DNA of 64,000 bases from Nitrospirota bacterium (GCA_016222905.1 JACRPZ010000017.1:4319-68318), one strand, 5' to 3'. Positions 38,555 to 47,742 are shown, numbered from the stretch's first letter. Numbers and translations: made by a program. Notes: generated by a model not told the origin, from the letters alone.

Positions 38555-39157
38555 ATGGATGCTCATAAAGAAGTTCAAGAAGCCATAATTAATTTAGAAG
38601 CAAAATTAAATATTCGAAAAGGATTTTTTGACACTCTCTTAAAAGAAGATGACTGGTCTTTTGTTATTAAATCTCATGCGTTGTTAGAGTCAGTAATTTC
38701 AAGTTTGCTTACAAACCATTTTGATCATGAATGCCTTATTGATATATTCTCGAGATTAGAACTGGGAAACAAAAAGTATGGTAAAATTGCATTCATTAAA
38801 GCACTTGATATGCTTAATAGTGATGAACGACGATTTATTTCTGCTTTTTCTGAGTTGCGCAATTTCTTAATACACAATGTATCTAATGTTGATTTTAATT
38901 TTACTAACTATATAACTACGCTTGATTCAAACCAAAAGAAAGAATTTATCAATTCATATGGTTATTGTTACTTAACAGAAGATGATAAGGGAAAACCAAA
39001 AGTAGATCATCGTGAGAAGATTTTATCCGACCCCAAAAAAACTATTTGGTTAAGTCTTAAATATATACTTGCCATTATTAGTCTTACTATAGATACAATA
39101 AGATTGAGAATACAAACTGAAATGTTTAAGAAAAAAACTGCTGAACTACTAAAATAA
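38555..39157 (+). CDS. Hypothetical alpha-helical protein with an Rx4H (ELRNFLIHN) motif; candidate HEPN-like domain
   Basis: 200 aa. AT-rich islet. RNFLIH fits the HEPN Rx4-6H consensus. Possible C-terminal TM (IWLSLKYILAIISLTI). Confidence 0.45.
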   Translation: MDAHKEVQEAIINLEAKLNIRKGFFDTLLKEDDWSFVIKSHALLESVISSLLTNHFDHECLIDIFSRLELGNKKYGKIAFIKALDMLNSDERRFISAFSELRNFLIHNVSNVDFNFTNYITTLDSNQKKEFINSYGYCYLTEDDKGKPKVDHREKILSDPKKTIWLSLKYILAIISLTIDTIRLRIQTEMFKKKTAELLK

Positions 39158-39272
39158 CTGCATCAGATTTTATGAACTGTTGCCCAAATGATAAACACCT
39201 TTCGACAAGCCACACAGTTTACTTACATACAAAAGCCGATTTTCAGTATTAAATCTTTTAGGTTGATTTTAC

Positions 39273-40367
39273 TTGAACTTTCCTTTAACGGGTGTTATTT
39301 TTATTGCAGGAGCGGATAGCGTGAGCGAACAAAAAAATACAACTCAAAAATGCTATAAGGTTGTTTGTTTTCTTTTATGCCTCTTTGCTTTTTCTTGTGA
39401 GGAAAGCCCTCAGAAGATAATAGAAAAGGCGAAAAAATCAGTTGTTACTATAAAAACGCCAACTGGTTCAGGGTCTGGGTTTGTTGCCTCTGCTGACGGC
39501 TTGATTATCACAAATAATCACGTAGTCGAAAACTATGAAACAGTAGAAATTCATTTTCCGGATGGTAGAACTACTGTGGCATCTCCAATAAAAAAAGGAC
39601 TGTCTGTTCTTGATGTTGCATATCTTAAAGTTGACGGTTCAAAGTTCGATTACTTTCCCGTAAATTTTAACTGCAATACAGGGGATGAGGTATATGCTAT
39701 AGGCGCGCCGTTAGGTTTACCAGAGTCTGTCAGCAAGGGGATAATAAGCAATTGTGACCGCACGCTCAAGGGAGTCAAATTTATCCAGACAGATGCGGCT
39801 GTAAATGCAGGAAACAGTGGTGGTCCTTTAATAAACAAGAAGGGCGAGGTAGTTGGCCTTCTTACTTTTAAGATATCTGCCGAGGGAGTTGAGGGCCTTA
39901 ACTTTGCATTATCCCCCGCAGTAGTGTGGGACTTTTATGAAAACAAATTGACCAATCTTGAGGAGGCATTAAAAAAGGAAGTCATTGCGCAAAATAAGGA
40001 AGTTACAGCGCAAAACCCTGCTAATAGAAGCACTTCGGGCGAGCCTTATTGGGTTGTAGTTTATGAAAATGATGATGCTACACATTTATATGATGTTAAT
40101 AATATGAATTTTCTAAACGAGAATATTTTTTACGCTTGGTTTAAGAGTAAATATAAGACACCACAACTAACAACAACAGCCAATAAATTGCAAACGGAAA
40201 GTATGTCCCTATTTAGATATGATTGCACAGAGAGAAGCTTTTTGTGGTTGGAATATGAAGAGGTTTATACTGATGGTAGTACGGGCAAAATGAAGTCGCA
40301 TCTTGATAAAATATATGCTGAACCTGGCTCGGTGCAAATGCTGCTCATGAATCAGGTTTGTAAGTGA
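39273..40367 (+). CDS. Lipoprotein with an N-terminal trypsin-like serine protease (S1) domain and a C-terminal domain of unknown function
   Basis: Catalytic triad context: ITNNHVV (His), TDAAVNAGNSGGPLINKKGEVVGL (Ser). Lipobox LFAFSC. AT-rich. The true start may be the GTG at about 39321. Confidence 0.65.
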   Translation: MNFPLTGVIFIAGADSVSEQKNTTQKCYKVVCFLLCLFAFSCEESPQKIIEKAKKSVVTIKTPTGSGSGFVASADGLIITNNHVVENYETVEIHFPDGRTTVASPIKKGLSVLDVAYLKVDGSKFDYFPVNFNCNTGDEVYAIGAPLGLPESVSKGIISNCDRTLKGVKFIQTDAAVNAGNSGGPLINKKGEVVGLLTFKISAEGVEGLNFALSPAVVWDFYENKLTNLEEALKKEVIAQNKEVTAQNPANRSTSGEPYWVVVYENDDATHLYDVNNMNFLNENIFYAWFKSKYKTPQLTTTANKLQTESMSLFRYDCTERSFLWLEYEEVYTDGSTGKMKSHLDKIYAEPGSVQMLLMNQVCK

Positions 40368-40424
40368 TGAAACCAAAAGTTACTATTGCCTGCATCATAA
40401 TAAAATAGAAAAGTTTTTCTAATC

Positions 40425-40446
40425 TGCGGATTATCTCTTCTTTTCT
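40425..40446 (+). repeat. Direct repeat of the tkt 3' end (gcggattatctcttcttttcta); second copy at 41513..41534
   Basis: 22/22 identical. Flanks a 1.07 kb segment carrying the killer/antidote pair. Confidence 0.8.
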
Positions 40447-40554
40447 ATATCTGCCCTTGCGGCATCTACCCCTTGCAAGAATTTACACAAGAGTCTTGAC
40501 ACTACCAATGCCTGATAGCTGGTTTAATTTTATTAATAGTAAAATAAAAACAGA

Positions 40555-40704
40555 ATGGGTTATGAGGCAAAGAAGACGGAACATTCAGGGGCAAAGAAGG
40601 GTTGCGGCGCTTACTGGGGACGGAAGGCAGACGCTAAAAAGCAGAGCAATCGTAAGCGTCGTGAAATAAATAAAACACTTACTAAGGCAGCAAGAGGAGC
40701 TTAA
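40555..40704 (+). CDS. Possible small basic protein (49 aa, MGYEAKKTEHSGAKKGCGAYWGRKADAKKQSNRKRREINKTLTKAARGA)
   Basis: ATG ORF inside the inserted segment. Weak RBS. Not in the ORF track. Confidence 0.2.
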   Translation: MGYEAKKTEHSGAKKGCGAYWGRKADAKKQSNRKRREINKTLTKAARGA

Positions 40705-40726
40705 CAATGGAGACCACCGTAGGAAT

Positions 40727-41038
40727 TTATGCATAAGCCTGTTTCTGTGCCTTTACAGTAAGCGCCAGACCCATGGCGCTAAGCAGCGTCATCAGGCTTT
40801 TTATTTCAGGGTTGCCGCGCTTTGAAAGCATGCGATAAAGATTCTCCCTGTTTAGATGCGCCTTTTCCGCTATTGCCGATATTCCGCCTTGAGCTTTAGC
40901 AATGTTTCTGAGAGCGAGCAGGAACAATTCACGGTCTCCTTCTTCAATTGCAGCATTTAGATATGCAGCAGCCTCTTTAGGTTTTTTCAGACTTTCAATA
41001 AGGTCTTCCTGATAACTTTTTTTTGGTTTTGCGGCCAT
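40727..41038 (-). CDS. Addiction-module antidote protein (HigA-like HTH antitoxin)
   Basis: 103 aa. LNAAIEEGDRELFLLALRNIAKAQGGISAIAEKAHLNRENLYRMLS is typical of this family. Confidence 0.75.
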   Translation of the reverse strand: MAAKPKKSYQEDLIESLKKPKEAAAYLNAAIEEGDRELFLLALRNIAKAQGGISAIAEKAHLNRENLYRMLSKRGNPEIKSLMTLLSAMGLALTVKAQKQAYA

Positions 41039-41043
41039 TTATA

Positions 41044-41379
41044 TCACCTCCGTTTACGTTTAAATGTTTTCCAGTATTCCTTTGCATGAGCAATATCTTT
41101 ACTTTGTGACGCCTTATCTCCTCCAAGCAGGAGCAAAACAATTGCGTCACCGGCAAATGCATAATACACGCGGTATCCGGGACCAAAATCTATTTTCAAT
41201 TCGTGCATGCCTTCACCAACAGACCTGGCATGCCCAAAGTTTCCGAGACTTATTCGGTCAAGAGCAATGCGAATCTTTGCGCGGGTATGAATATCTTTAA
41301 GTCTCTCAAGCCAGTCCTTAAACGGAATCTTGCCGGTTTCAGTAATGAAATATTCAAGCGTGAAATGGCATGGTTTCAT
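41044..41379 (-). CDS. Addiction-module killer protein (RelE/HigB-like toxin)
   Basis: 111 aa. FKDWLERLKD...RIALDRISLGNFGHARSVGEGMHELKIDFGPGYRVYYAFAGDAIVLLLLGGDK is the family signature. 5 bp upstream of the antidote gene. Confidence 0.8.
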   Translation of the reverse strand: MKPCHFTLEYFITETGKIPFKDWLERLKDIHTRAKIRIALDRISLGNFGHARSVGEGMHELKIDFGPGYRVYYAFAGDAIVLLLLGGDKASQSKDIAHAKEYWKTFKRKRR

Positions 41380-41518
41380 CGAGCTTATAATAGCTTATAA
41401 GCTACATATTGTCAAGAGAACGAGAATGGTAAATAAATCTATTTTGTAAAATCAGCAAGAAAAAAAGATGACAAGGGTAATGCCTTAAAAGTTCATTTAA
41501 CATTAAGAATTAAGCGGA

Positions 41519-43579
41519 TTATCTCTTCTTTTCTAACTCTTCCTTGGCAGCAGCGACTATCCTCTCAACAGTAAAGCCGAAATTCTTTTGAAGATCTTTA
41601 AAGGGCGCTGAGGCTCCGAACCTGTGCATGCCGATGATCTGCCTGTTGCCGACATACCGTTCCCATCCAAATGTTGATGCCTCTTCAACCGCAACACGGG
41701 CAATGACAGAAGGTGGAAGGACGCTGTCGCGGTAGACCTGATCTTGCTCTTCAAATAGCTCCCATGAAGGCATGCTTACAATACGAGCATTTATTCCTTC
41801 TCTCTTGAGCTCTTCAAAGGCCTCGATACATAGCGAGACTTCGCTTCCTGTTGCGATAAGTATAATATCTGGCTTATTATTCTCTGCGTCAGCCAGCACA
41901 TACGCCCCCTTAGCGAGCCCCGAAGCAGGCGCATATTTTGCGCGGTCGAGCGTGGGTATGGATTGTCTTGACAGCATAAGGGCTGCGGGCCTGTCACGGA
42001 ACTGCATGATCACTCTCCACGCTTCAACAACTTCATTGGCATCTGCAGGTCGCAATGTAATGAGGCCGGGCATTGCCCGTAATGAGGCAAGATGTTCTAT
42101 CGGCTGATGTGTGGGGCCGTCTTCGCCGAGGCTGATTGAGTCATGAGTAAAGATATAGATAACCGGAAGCTCCATCAGCGCGCCCAGCCGTATCGCAGGC
42201 CGCGCGTAATCGCTGAAGATGAGGAATGTCGCACCATAAGGGCGGATATTGGATAAAGCCATGCCGTTAAGTATGCCTGCCATAGAATGCTCACGAACTC
42301 CGAAGTGCATATTACGTCCTCCCGGATTTTCCGCATTGAGATCCCCGGTGCCTTCAAAAGTAAGCAGGGTTTTTGTTGAGGGGGCAAGGTCAGCCGAACC
42401 GCCTATAAGCCATGGGACATTTTTGGCTATAGCGTTAAGCACCTTACCTGAAGATACGCGGGTGGCTGTGCCTTTTGCGTCAGCCGGAAAGACCGGCAGG
42501 TCTTTATCCCACCCTTCGGGTAACTGCCTGCGCTGCATCATATATAATTGATCGGTGAGATCAGGATATTTTCTGCTGTACTCATCAAACTTTTCCGACC
42601 ATGCTTTGTAAAGCTCTGCGCCTCGTTTGCCCAAGCCTGAACGAAGATGCTCTCGCACTTCATCGGGAACGAGAAACTTTGCGTCCTCAGGCCAGCCGAA
42701 ATTCCGCTTGGCCGATCTTACCTCATCTTCTCCAAGCGGCTCGCCGTGCGCTGACGCGGTGTCCTGTTTATTCGGCGCGCCGAATGCGATATGACTTTTG
42801 ACAATTATTATTGTAGGCCTGTCGTTAGTTTTTTTAAATAATGTTAATGCATCCGCAATGCCTGTCAGATCATTGGCATCATTAACATCTATCACGTTCC
42901 AATGGTAGCCTTTAAAGCGTGTTGCAACATCTTCGCTGAATGCCAGAGCAGTGCCGCCTTCTATCGTGATCTTATTATCATCATATATCCAGCAGAGATT
43001 TGAGAGTTTAAGATGTCCGGCGATGGATGCGGCCTCTCCTGAAACCCCTTCCATCATATCACCGTCGCTGCAAAGCGCATAAACATCATGATCAAAGAGC
43101 TCAAAGCCGGGGCGGTTGAAGCGCGCTGCCATCCATCTTCCGGCAATCGCCATACCCACGCTGTTTGCCGCGCCTTGTCCTAATGGGCCTGTGGTTGTCT
43201 CAACCCCTGTTGCCAATCCATGTTCAGGATGTCCGGGGGTTTTGCTGTGAAGCTGGCGGAAGTTTTTAATATCATCAAGCTCGACCGAGAGCTTATCAAG
43301 TATCTTGCCGTCATCATCCGCTCTCTTCACATTGTAGAGATGGAGTATGGAATAAAGAAGCATTGAGGCGTGCCCCATGGAGAGTACAAAACGGTCGCGG
43401 TTTAGCCATAGCGGATTTTCAGGGTCAAAGCGGAGAAAATGCTGCCATAGAGTATATGCCACAGGAGCCATCGCCATTGGCGTGCCCGGATGGCCTGAGT
43501 TCGCCTGCTGAACAGCATCCATAGAGAGGGTGCGGATGGTGTTGATGCAGAGAATGTCAAGCCGGTTCTTGTCTGTCAT
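41519..43579 (-). CDS. tkt: Transketolase
   Basis: 686 aa. ANSGHPGTPMAMAP, the GDG TPP motif CSDGDMMEGVS, HDSISLGEDGPTHQPIE. Confidence 0.95.
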   Translation of the reverse strand: MTDKNRLDILCINTIRTLSMDAVQQANSGHPGTPMAMAPVAYTLWQHFLRFDPENPLWLNRDRFVLSMGHASMLLYSILHLYNVKRADDDGKILDKLSVELDDIKNFRQLHSKTPGHPEHGLATGVETTTGPLGQGAANSVGMAIAGRWMAARFNRPGFELFDHDVYALCSDGDMMEGVSGEAASIAGHLKLSNLCWIYDDNKITIEGGTALAFSEDVATRFKGYHWNVIDVNDANDLTGIADALTLFKKTNDRPTIIIVKSHIAFGAPNKQDTASAHGEPLGEDEVRSAKRNFGWPEDAKFLVPDEVREHLRSGLGKRGAELYKAWSEKFDEYSRKYPDLTDQLYMMQRRQLPEGWDKDLPVFPADAKGTATRVSSGKVLNAIAKNVPWLIGGSADLAPSTKTLLTFEGTGDLNAENPGGRNMHFGVREHSMAGILNGMALSNIRPYGATFLIFSDYARPAIRLGALMELPVIYIFTHDSISLGEDGPTHQPIEHLASLRAMPGLITLRPADANEVVEAWRVIMQFRDRPAALMLSRQSIPTLDRAKYAPASGLAKGAYVLADAENNKPDIILIATGSEVSLCIEAFEELKREGINARIVSMPSWELFEEQDQVYRDSVLPPSVIARVAVEEASTFGWERYVGNRQIIGMHRFGASAPFKDLQKNFGFTVERIVAAAKEELEKKR

Positions 43580-43643
43580 AATGAACCATTAATAGAAATT
43601 TATTGACTCCTGCAAATTAAGTATCTCATTTCAAGTGGAGTAA

Positions 43644-44027
43644 TTACTTCCCCTCCCTTGAGGGGAGGGATTGAGGGGCGGGTGTCCTATAAAGCCTCTC
43701 CCTTATTGCTTCAAGAACTCCGCTTGTATTAGTCAAAACCTCAGTATCCCAAAAACGCACAACAGTGTAGCCCTCTTTTTCAAGCCAGGCATCTCTTTGC
43801 CTGTCTTTCAGAATTTCGTCCGGCAAAGCATGCTGACCGCCATCCAATTCAATAATTAGCTTTCTTTCAAGGCAAACAAAATCGGCGATATATTGTCCAA
43901 TAGGGTGCTGACGTCTAAACTTCATACCTTCAAAGCGGCCCGCCCGTAAACGGCTCCATAATAGCTGCTCCACATCCGTTGATCTTTTTCTGAGTCCTTT
44001 TGCAAGATACGTTAACCCTTTTGCCAT
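43644..44027 (-). CDS. DUF559 endonuclease-domain protein (Vsr-like fold)
   Basis: LLWSRLRAGRFEGMKFRRQHPIGQYIADFVC...IIELDGGQH...DRQRDAWLEKEGYTVVRFWDTEV. Probable start MAKGL at 44027. Sits between tkt and tal. Confidence 0.75.
   Translation of the reverse strand: MAKGLTYLAKGLRKRSTDVEQLLWSRLRAGRFEGMKFRRQHPIGQYIADFVCLERKLIIELDGGQHALPDEILKDRQRDAWLEKEGYTVVRFWDTEVLTNTSGVLEAIRERLYRTPAPQSLPSREGK
43648..43684. repeat. GC-rich hairpin element (cccctccc-ttga-ggggaggg plus attgaggggcggg)
   Basis: Member of a dispersed family, in opposite orientation to the copy at 44037..44073. Confidence 0.6.
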
Positions 44028-44036
44028 TGGTTTAAT

Positions 44037-44073
44037 CACCCTCTCCCTACCCTCTCCCCTCAAGGGAGAGGGA
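44037..44073. repeat. GC-rich hairpin element (ctctccc-ctcaa-gggagag)
   Basis: Same family. Flanks the other side of the DUF559 gene. Confidence 0.6.
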
Positions 44074-44099
44074 CTTTACTGGAGAAAGAACCATTAAAT

Positions 44100-45197
44100 T
44101 TATTTCTTCTTTGTCTCTATGGCATTCAGTAATGATTCAAACGACTTCTGAAACGCGGCAACACCGTCATCAAGAAGCTTCAGGCAAATCTCGTTAACAT
44201 CTATTCCGAACCCTTTAAGATTCTCAATTATATTCCCCGCATCGCCCGCATCCTTTGTAATCGTCTCTTTAATAACCCCGTGGTCCATAAAAGCAGCGAG
44301 TGTTTTATCAGGCAAAGTGTTTACAGTCGGGTTGCCTATCAATTCGGTCACGTATTTGATGTCGCTATATGACGGGTCTTTTGTGCCGGTTGAACCCCAG
44401 AGCACTCTCTGCAGATTAGCGCCTTTATCCTTTAATGCGAGGAACTCATTACCTGAGAATATCTCATGATATTTGCTGAAAATCAATTTTGAATTTGCAA
44501 CCGCAGCCTTTCCCCTGAATGATTTAAGTTTCTCTTCTCCCGATCTCGCATCTATCATCTTATCAATTGCAGTATCTATGCGGCTTACAAAGACGCTTGC
44601 AACAGAATGCACTTTGCTCATATCGCCGCCTCTTGCCAGAAGCCTCTTCATACCTTCTATATAAGCGTGTGCCGTCCTGACATACTGCTCCAGAGAAAAG
44701 ATCAAGGTGACGTTAATATTGATGCCGCCTCCCAAAAGCTCGGATATAGCCTCAAAGCCCGCGTCTGTTGACGGCACTTTAAACATTACATTCGGCCTGT
44801 TTACCTTCTTATAGAGCCTTTGGCCCTCTTCAATTGTCTCCTGTGTCTTCATCGCCAGTTCAGGGTTTATCTCCAGACTCACATAACCGTCCAGTCCGCC
44901 CGTCTTGTCATATACAGGCCTGAACATATCTGCGGCATCCTGCACATCCCTTATAGTCAGATCATCATATATCTCAAATGTGGACTTTCCCTGTCCGGCT
45001 AATTTTTTTATTGCCTCGTCATAATCAGCGCTTGAGCTTATCGAGTTGTCGAATATTGATGGATTTGAGGTCATCCCTCTGAGGCCGAGGTTGATCTCTT
45101 CTTTGAGTTTTCCGCTCTCGATCATTGACCTGCTGATATTGTCCAGCCATATACTCTGTCCTATCTTAGCCAGTTCATCAAGTTTGCTTAAAGCCAT
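44100..45197 (-). CDS. tal: Transaldolase
   Basis: SIWLDNISR...GMTSNPSIF, KVPSTDAGFEAI. 365 aa. Confidence 0.9.
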   Translation of the reverse strand: MALSKLDELAKIGQSIWLDNISRSMIESGKLKEEINLGLRGMTSNPSIFDNSISSSADYDEAIKKLAGQGKSTFEIYDDLTIRDVQDAADMFRPVYDKTGGLDGYVSLEINPELAMKTQETIEEGQRLYKKVNRPNVMFKVPSTDAGFEAISELLGGGININVTLIFSLEQYVRTAHAYIEGMKRLLARGGDMSKVHSVASVFVSRIDTAIDKMIDARSGEEKLKSFRGKAAVANSKLIFSKYHEIFSGNEFLALKDKGANLQRVLWGSTGTKDPSYSDIKYVTELIGNPTVNTLPDKTLAAFMDHGVIKETITKDAGDAGNIIENLKGFGIDVNEICLKLLDDGVAAFQKSFESLLNAIETKKK

Positions 45198-45275
45198 TAT
45201 TTCCCCCTGTTTAATTAAGTATTTTTCCGCAGATTTCGCAGATTGCTCAGATTTATTAAAAAATTATGATTCACC

Positions 45276-45452
45276 CTAACATTTTTCAGTAAGAAAACGC
45301 ATTAGAGTCTCCGCGTCTTTCGGGGGCAGATCAAATTTCAGGCAGGCATCCCCAATTAACTTTGACAGACTGGCTCCGGGATTTTCTGTACGCTCATCCG
45401 ATATCCATTTAATGGCCCTTCTCAGTTGTTCACCCTCAGGAAGAATACTCAT
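45276..45452 (-). CDS. Possible small protein (58 aa, MSILPEGEQLRRAIKWISDERTENPGASLSKL...)
   Basis: GGAGAG RBS 5 nt upstream. Not in the ORF track. Confidence 0.3.
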   Translation of the reverse strand: MSILPEGEQLRRAIKWISDERTENPGASLSKLIGDACLKFDLPPKDAETLMRFLTEKC

Positions 45453-45665
45453 TATCTCTCCTTAATTCTTTATCATGGTTTATTGTTTAAACTCTCTGAC
45501 ACCGTCCATAAATTATACCAGCAACTGCATGATGTTGCCAGAATCAGGTGGACAAGCAAGGGTTATGTATCAAAAATTGTTTGACACGCCATGCGGCATA
45601 AGATAAAATCCTCTTAATTGGGAAAAAAGCGAAAAATAACTGCTAGGAGGTAATAAGAAAATAAA

Positions 45666-46133
45666 ATGAAATTCATTATCCAACTGCTGAAAATAGGCGC
45701 TTTTTTTTCATTGCTCTTTTTTTGTCTCATAGGTTTTATTACAATTTCACCTCTTTTGCTCACTAATGAAGTTCTGAAGGTTCAAAATAAACACATTTCG
45801 GAAAACTCATACGTTATTGAGGGGGTAGATGATAATGGTGGCAAAACAATATCGCACTATTCAGAAAGTTTTTTCAACAAAGCACAAATTGGCGATACGA
45901 TCAGATATAATGCTACTTATCAACTGCTAGTTAAAGATGGACATATAGAAAGCATTTATGTACATAAGGACATTTGGCTTATGTTAGCCTTTATGGCGTT
46001 CTCGCTATTTCCAGTTCTCATTTTCTTCCCGAATAGCAGAATATTAAGGCATCGATTTTCTTATTGGCTCATCGGAGCAAGTGAATTAACGAATATCTTT
46101 TTCTTGGCCTCATCCCTCTTTCCCTCTTGTTGA
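45666..46133 (+). CDS. Hypothetical membrane protein (AT-rich)
   Basis: 155 aa. N-terminal and C-terminal TM helices. GGAGG RBS. AT-rich composition. Confidence 0.45.
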   Translation: MKFIIQLLKIGAFFSLLFFCLIGFITISPLLLTNEVLKVQNKHISENSYVIEGVDDNGGKTISHYSESFFNKAQIGDTIRYNATYQLLVKDGHIESIYVHKDIWLMLAFMAFSLFPVLIFFPNSRILRHRFSYWLIGASELTNIFFLASSLFPSC

Positions 46134-46242
46134 ATTAAAACATAGACCGGTTAATGATGAAATGACAAATGATAATCAAATGGGCATTAAGCAGTATAAC
46201 TAAATTGGTAGGTCAGGTTTTGTCATGAATATCATGAAGAAA

Positions 46243-46330
46243 CAATGAAACTTTTCATCCCGCAGAAGATCGAACAATACGCTGCTGAATACACCAGCCC
46301 GCGTTCCCCGCTCTTCATAAACCTTGTTTT
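46243..46330 (+). repeat. Duplicated 5' fragment of the O-methyltransferase gene (MKLFIPQKIEQYAAEYTSPRSPLF)
   Basis: atgaaacttttcatcccgcagaagatcgaacaatacgctgctgaatacaccagccc is similar to 47014..47070. Confidence 0.75.
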
Positions 46331-46400
46331 TGTATTCAAATTTGAATACAATTGTATTCACTGGGATTAATTCAAATATTAAGCGTATGGAGGTGATTTA

Positions 46401-46607
46401 ATGGGTAGTAGGACATTAACCATGCCTGAAGATGCTCTCGTCAACATGCTGAAGACCCTGCCTGAAGATATGTTGATAGATGTCTTCTGGAGAACTGTTG
46501 TGGAAAGCGATATTTCCTCTCTTACTAAAGAAGAAAGAGAACTTATCAGCAAAGGCAAAGCCGAGCATAAAAAAGGCGAAACCATTAAATGGCAAAATTT
46601 GAGATAG
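46401..46607 (+). CDS. Putative antitoxin of the RelE/ParE-type toxin that follows
   Basis: 68 aa, small and acidic. GGAGG RBS. 19-bp overlap with the toxin gene. Confidence 0.5.
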   Translation: MGSRTLTMPEDALVNMLKTLPEDMLIDVFWRTVVESDISSLTKEERELISKGKAEHKKGETIKWQNLR

Positions 46608-46840
46608 AGTTTTCGAGGAGCGCCGCAAAAGATTACAAAAAGCTGCCGAAAGATTATAAAACCTTAATTGATTTAGTCCTCTCAAAACTCATTCAAGGAG
46701 TGCCAGTAGACATAAAACCCATCGCCGGAGAAGAAAATATTTACAGAATCAGAGTCGGGAAATACAGAATACTTGCCGCAGTTATTGAAAATACCATCTT
46801 GATTACAAAAATCGGACCGCGAGGAGATGTTTACAAGTAA
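46589..46840 (+). CDS. RelE/ParE-family toxin
   Basis: 83 aa. KDYKKLPKDYKTLIDLVLSKL...YRIRVGKYRILAAVIENTILITKIGPRGDVY is typical of RelE/ParE. Confidence 0.75.
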   Translation: MAKFEIEFSRSAAKDYKKLPKDYKTLIDLVLSKLIQGVPVDIKPIAGEENIYRIRVGKYRILAAVIENTILITKIGPRGDVYK

Positions 46841-47013
46841 AAGAAAGCCCCGCGTTGCTTCAAAATCCGTCAGAAGTTATAGATCCTCCGCGATAAAGAC
46901 ACTTTACATTTGTAATTGTCCATAAGAAGACTGTTTAAAAGAACATTAATATTAGTTGTGATAAAATTTGGACATGACTTATCTTGATAGTTCACTGCTG
47001 TTTTGAGGAAAAG

Positions 47014-47652
47014 ATGAACCTTTTTGTCCCGCAGAAGATAGAACGATACGCTGCCGATTACACCAGCCCACTTTCCCCGCTCCTTGAGGAGCTGCAACGC
47101 GAGACCATAAGCACAATGGATAACGCGCAGATGCTTACAGGCGTGGTCGAAGGGCGGCTGCTCCAGATGCTGGTAAAAATATCAGGGGCAAAAAGGGTTT
47201 TTGAGATTGGCACATTTACGGGCTTTTCGGCGCTTATGATGGCTGAGGGACTGCCTGAAGATGGCGAACTCATCACCTGCGAGATAGATAAAGAGCGCGC
47301 CGCGTTCGCCCGCAGGTATTTCAAAAGAAGCCCGCACGGAAAGAAGATACAGCTCAAGGCAGGGCCTGCGCTCAAGACATTGAAAAGCATCCCTGACAGG
47401 AGCATTGACTTCATCTTCATAGATGCAGACAAAACCTTATACCCTCTTTATTATTCTGAGGGGATGAGGGTCCTCAGAAAAGGCGGGCTCATTGCGGCAG
47501 ATAATGTCCTATGGAGCGGCAAGGTCCTCCGACCAGACGACGATGAGAGCCGCGCGATAGCTTTATTTAATGATATAGTGAAAAATGACAGCAGGGCCGA
47601 GAAAGTCTTCCTCCCTGTGCGCGACGGCGTTTACCTGATACGGAAGAGGTGA
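47014..47652 (+). CDS. Class I SAM-dependent O-methyltransferase (caffeoyl-CoA OMT-like)
   Basis: VFEIGTFTGFSALMMA (motif I), DFIFIDADK, LRKGGLIAADNVLWSGKV. Confidence 0.85.
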   Translation: MNLFVPQKIERYAADYTSPLSPLLEELQRETISTMDNAQMLTGVVEGRLLQMLVKISGAKRVFEIGTFTGFSALMMAEGLPEDGELITCEIDKERAAFARRYFKRSPHGKKIQLKAGPALKTLKSIPDRSIDFIFIDADKTLYPLYYSEGMRVLRKGGLIAADNVLWSGKVLRPDDDESRAIALFNDIVKNDSRAEKVFLPVRDGVYLIRKR

Positions 47653-47742
47653 GAGAGTGAATAATATAAGGTTTATGTCCATGAATCGAAAAAAAGACCG
47701 GAGCAAAGTCAGAAGAGGCGGCGGTAAAACAGATCCCGGAAT

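Noticed and set aside
40457-40669. 70-aa TTG-initiated ORF in the inserted segment after tkt
   Set aside because: It is Arg-rich and low-complexity, has a non-ATG start with no RBS, and overlaps an alternative small ATG ORF. Neither is convincing, and only the ATG ORF is listed, at low confidence.
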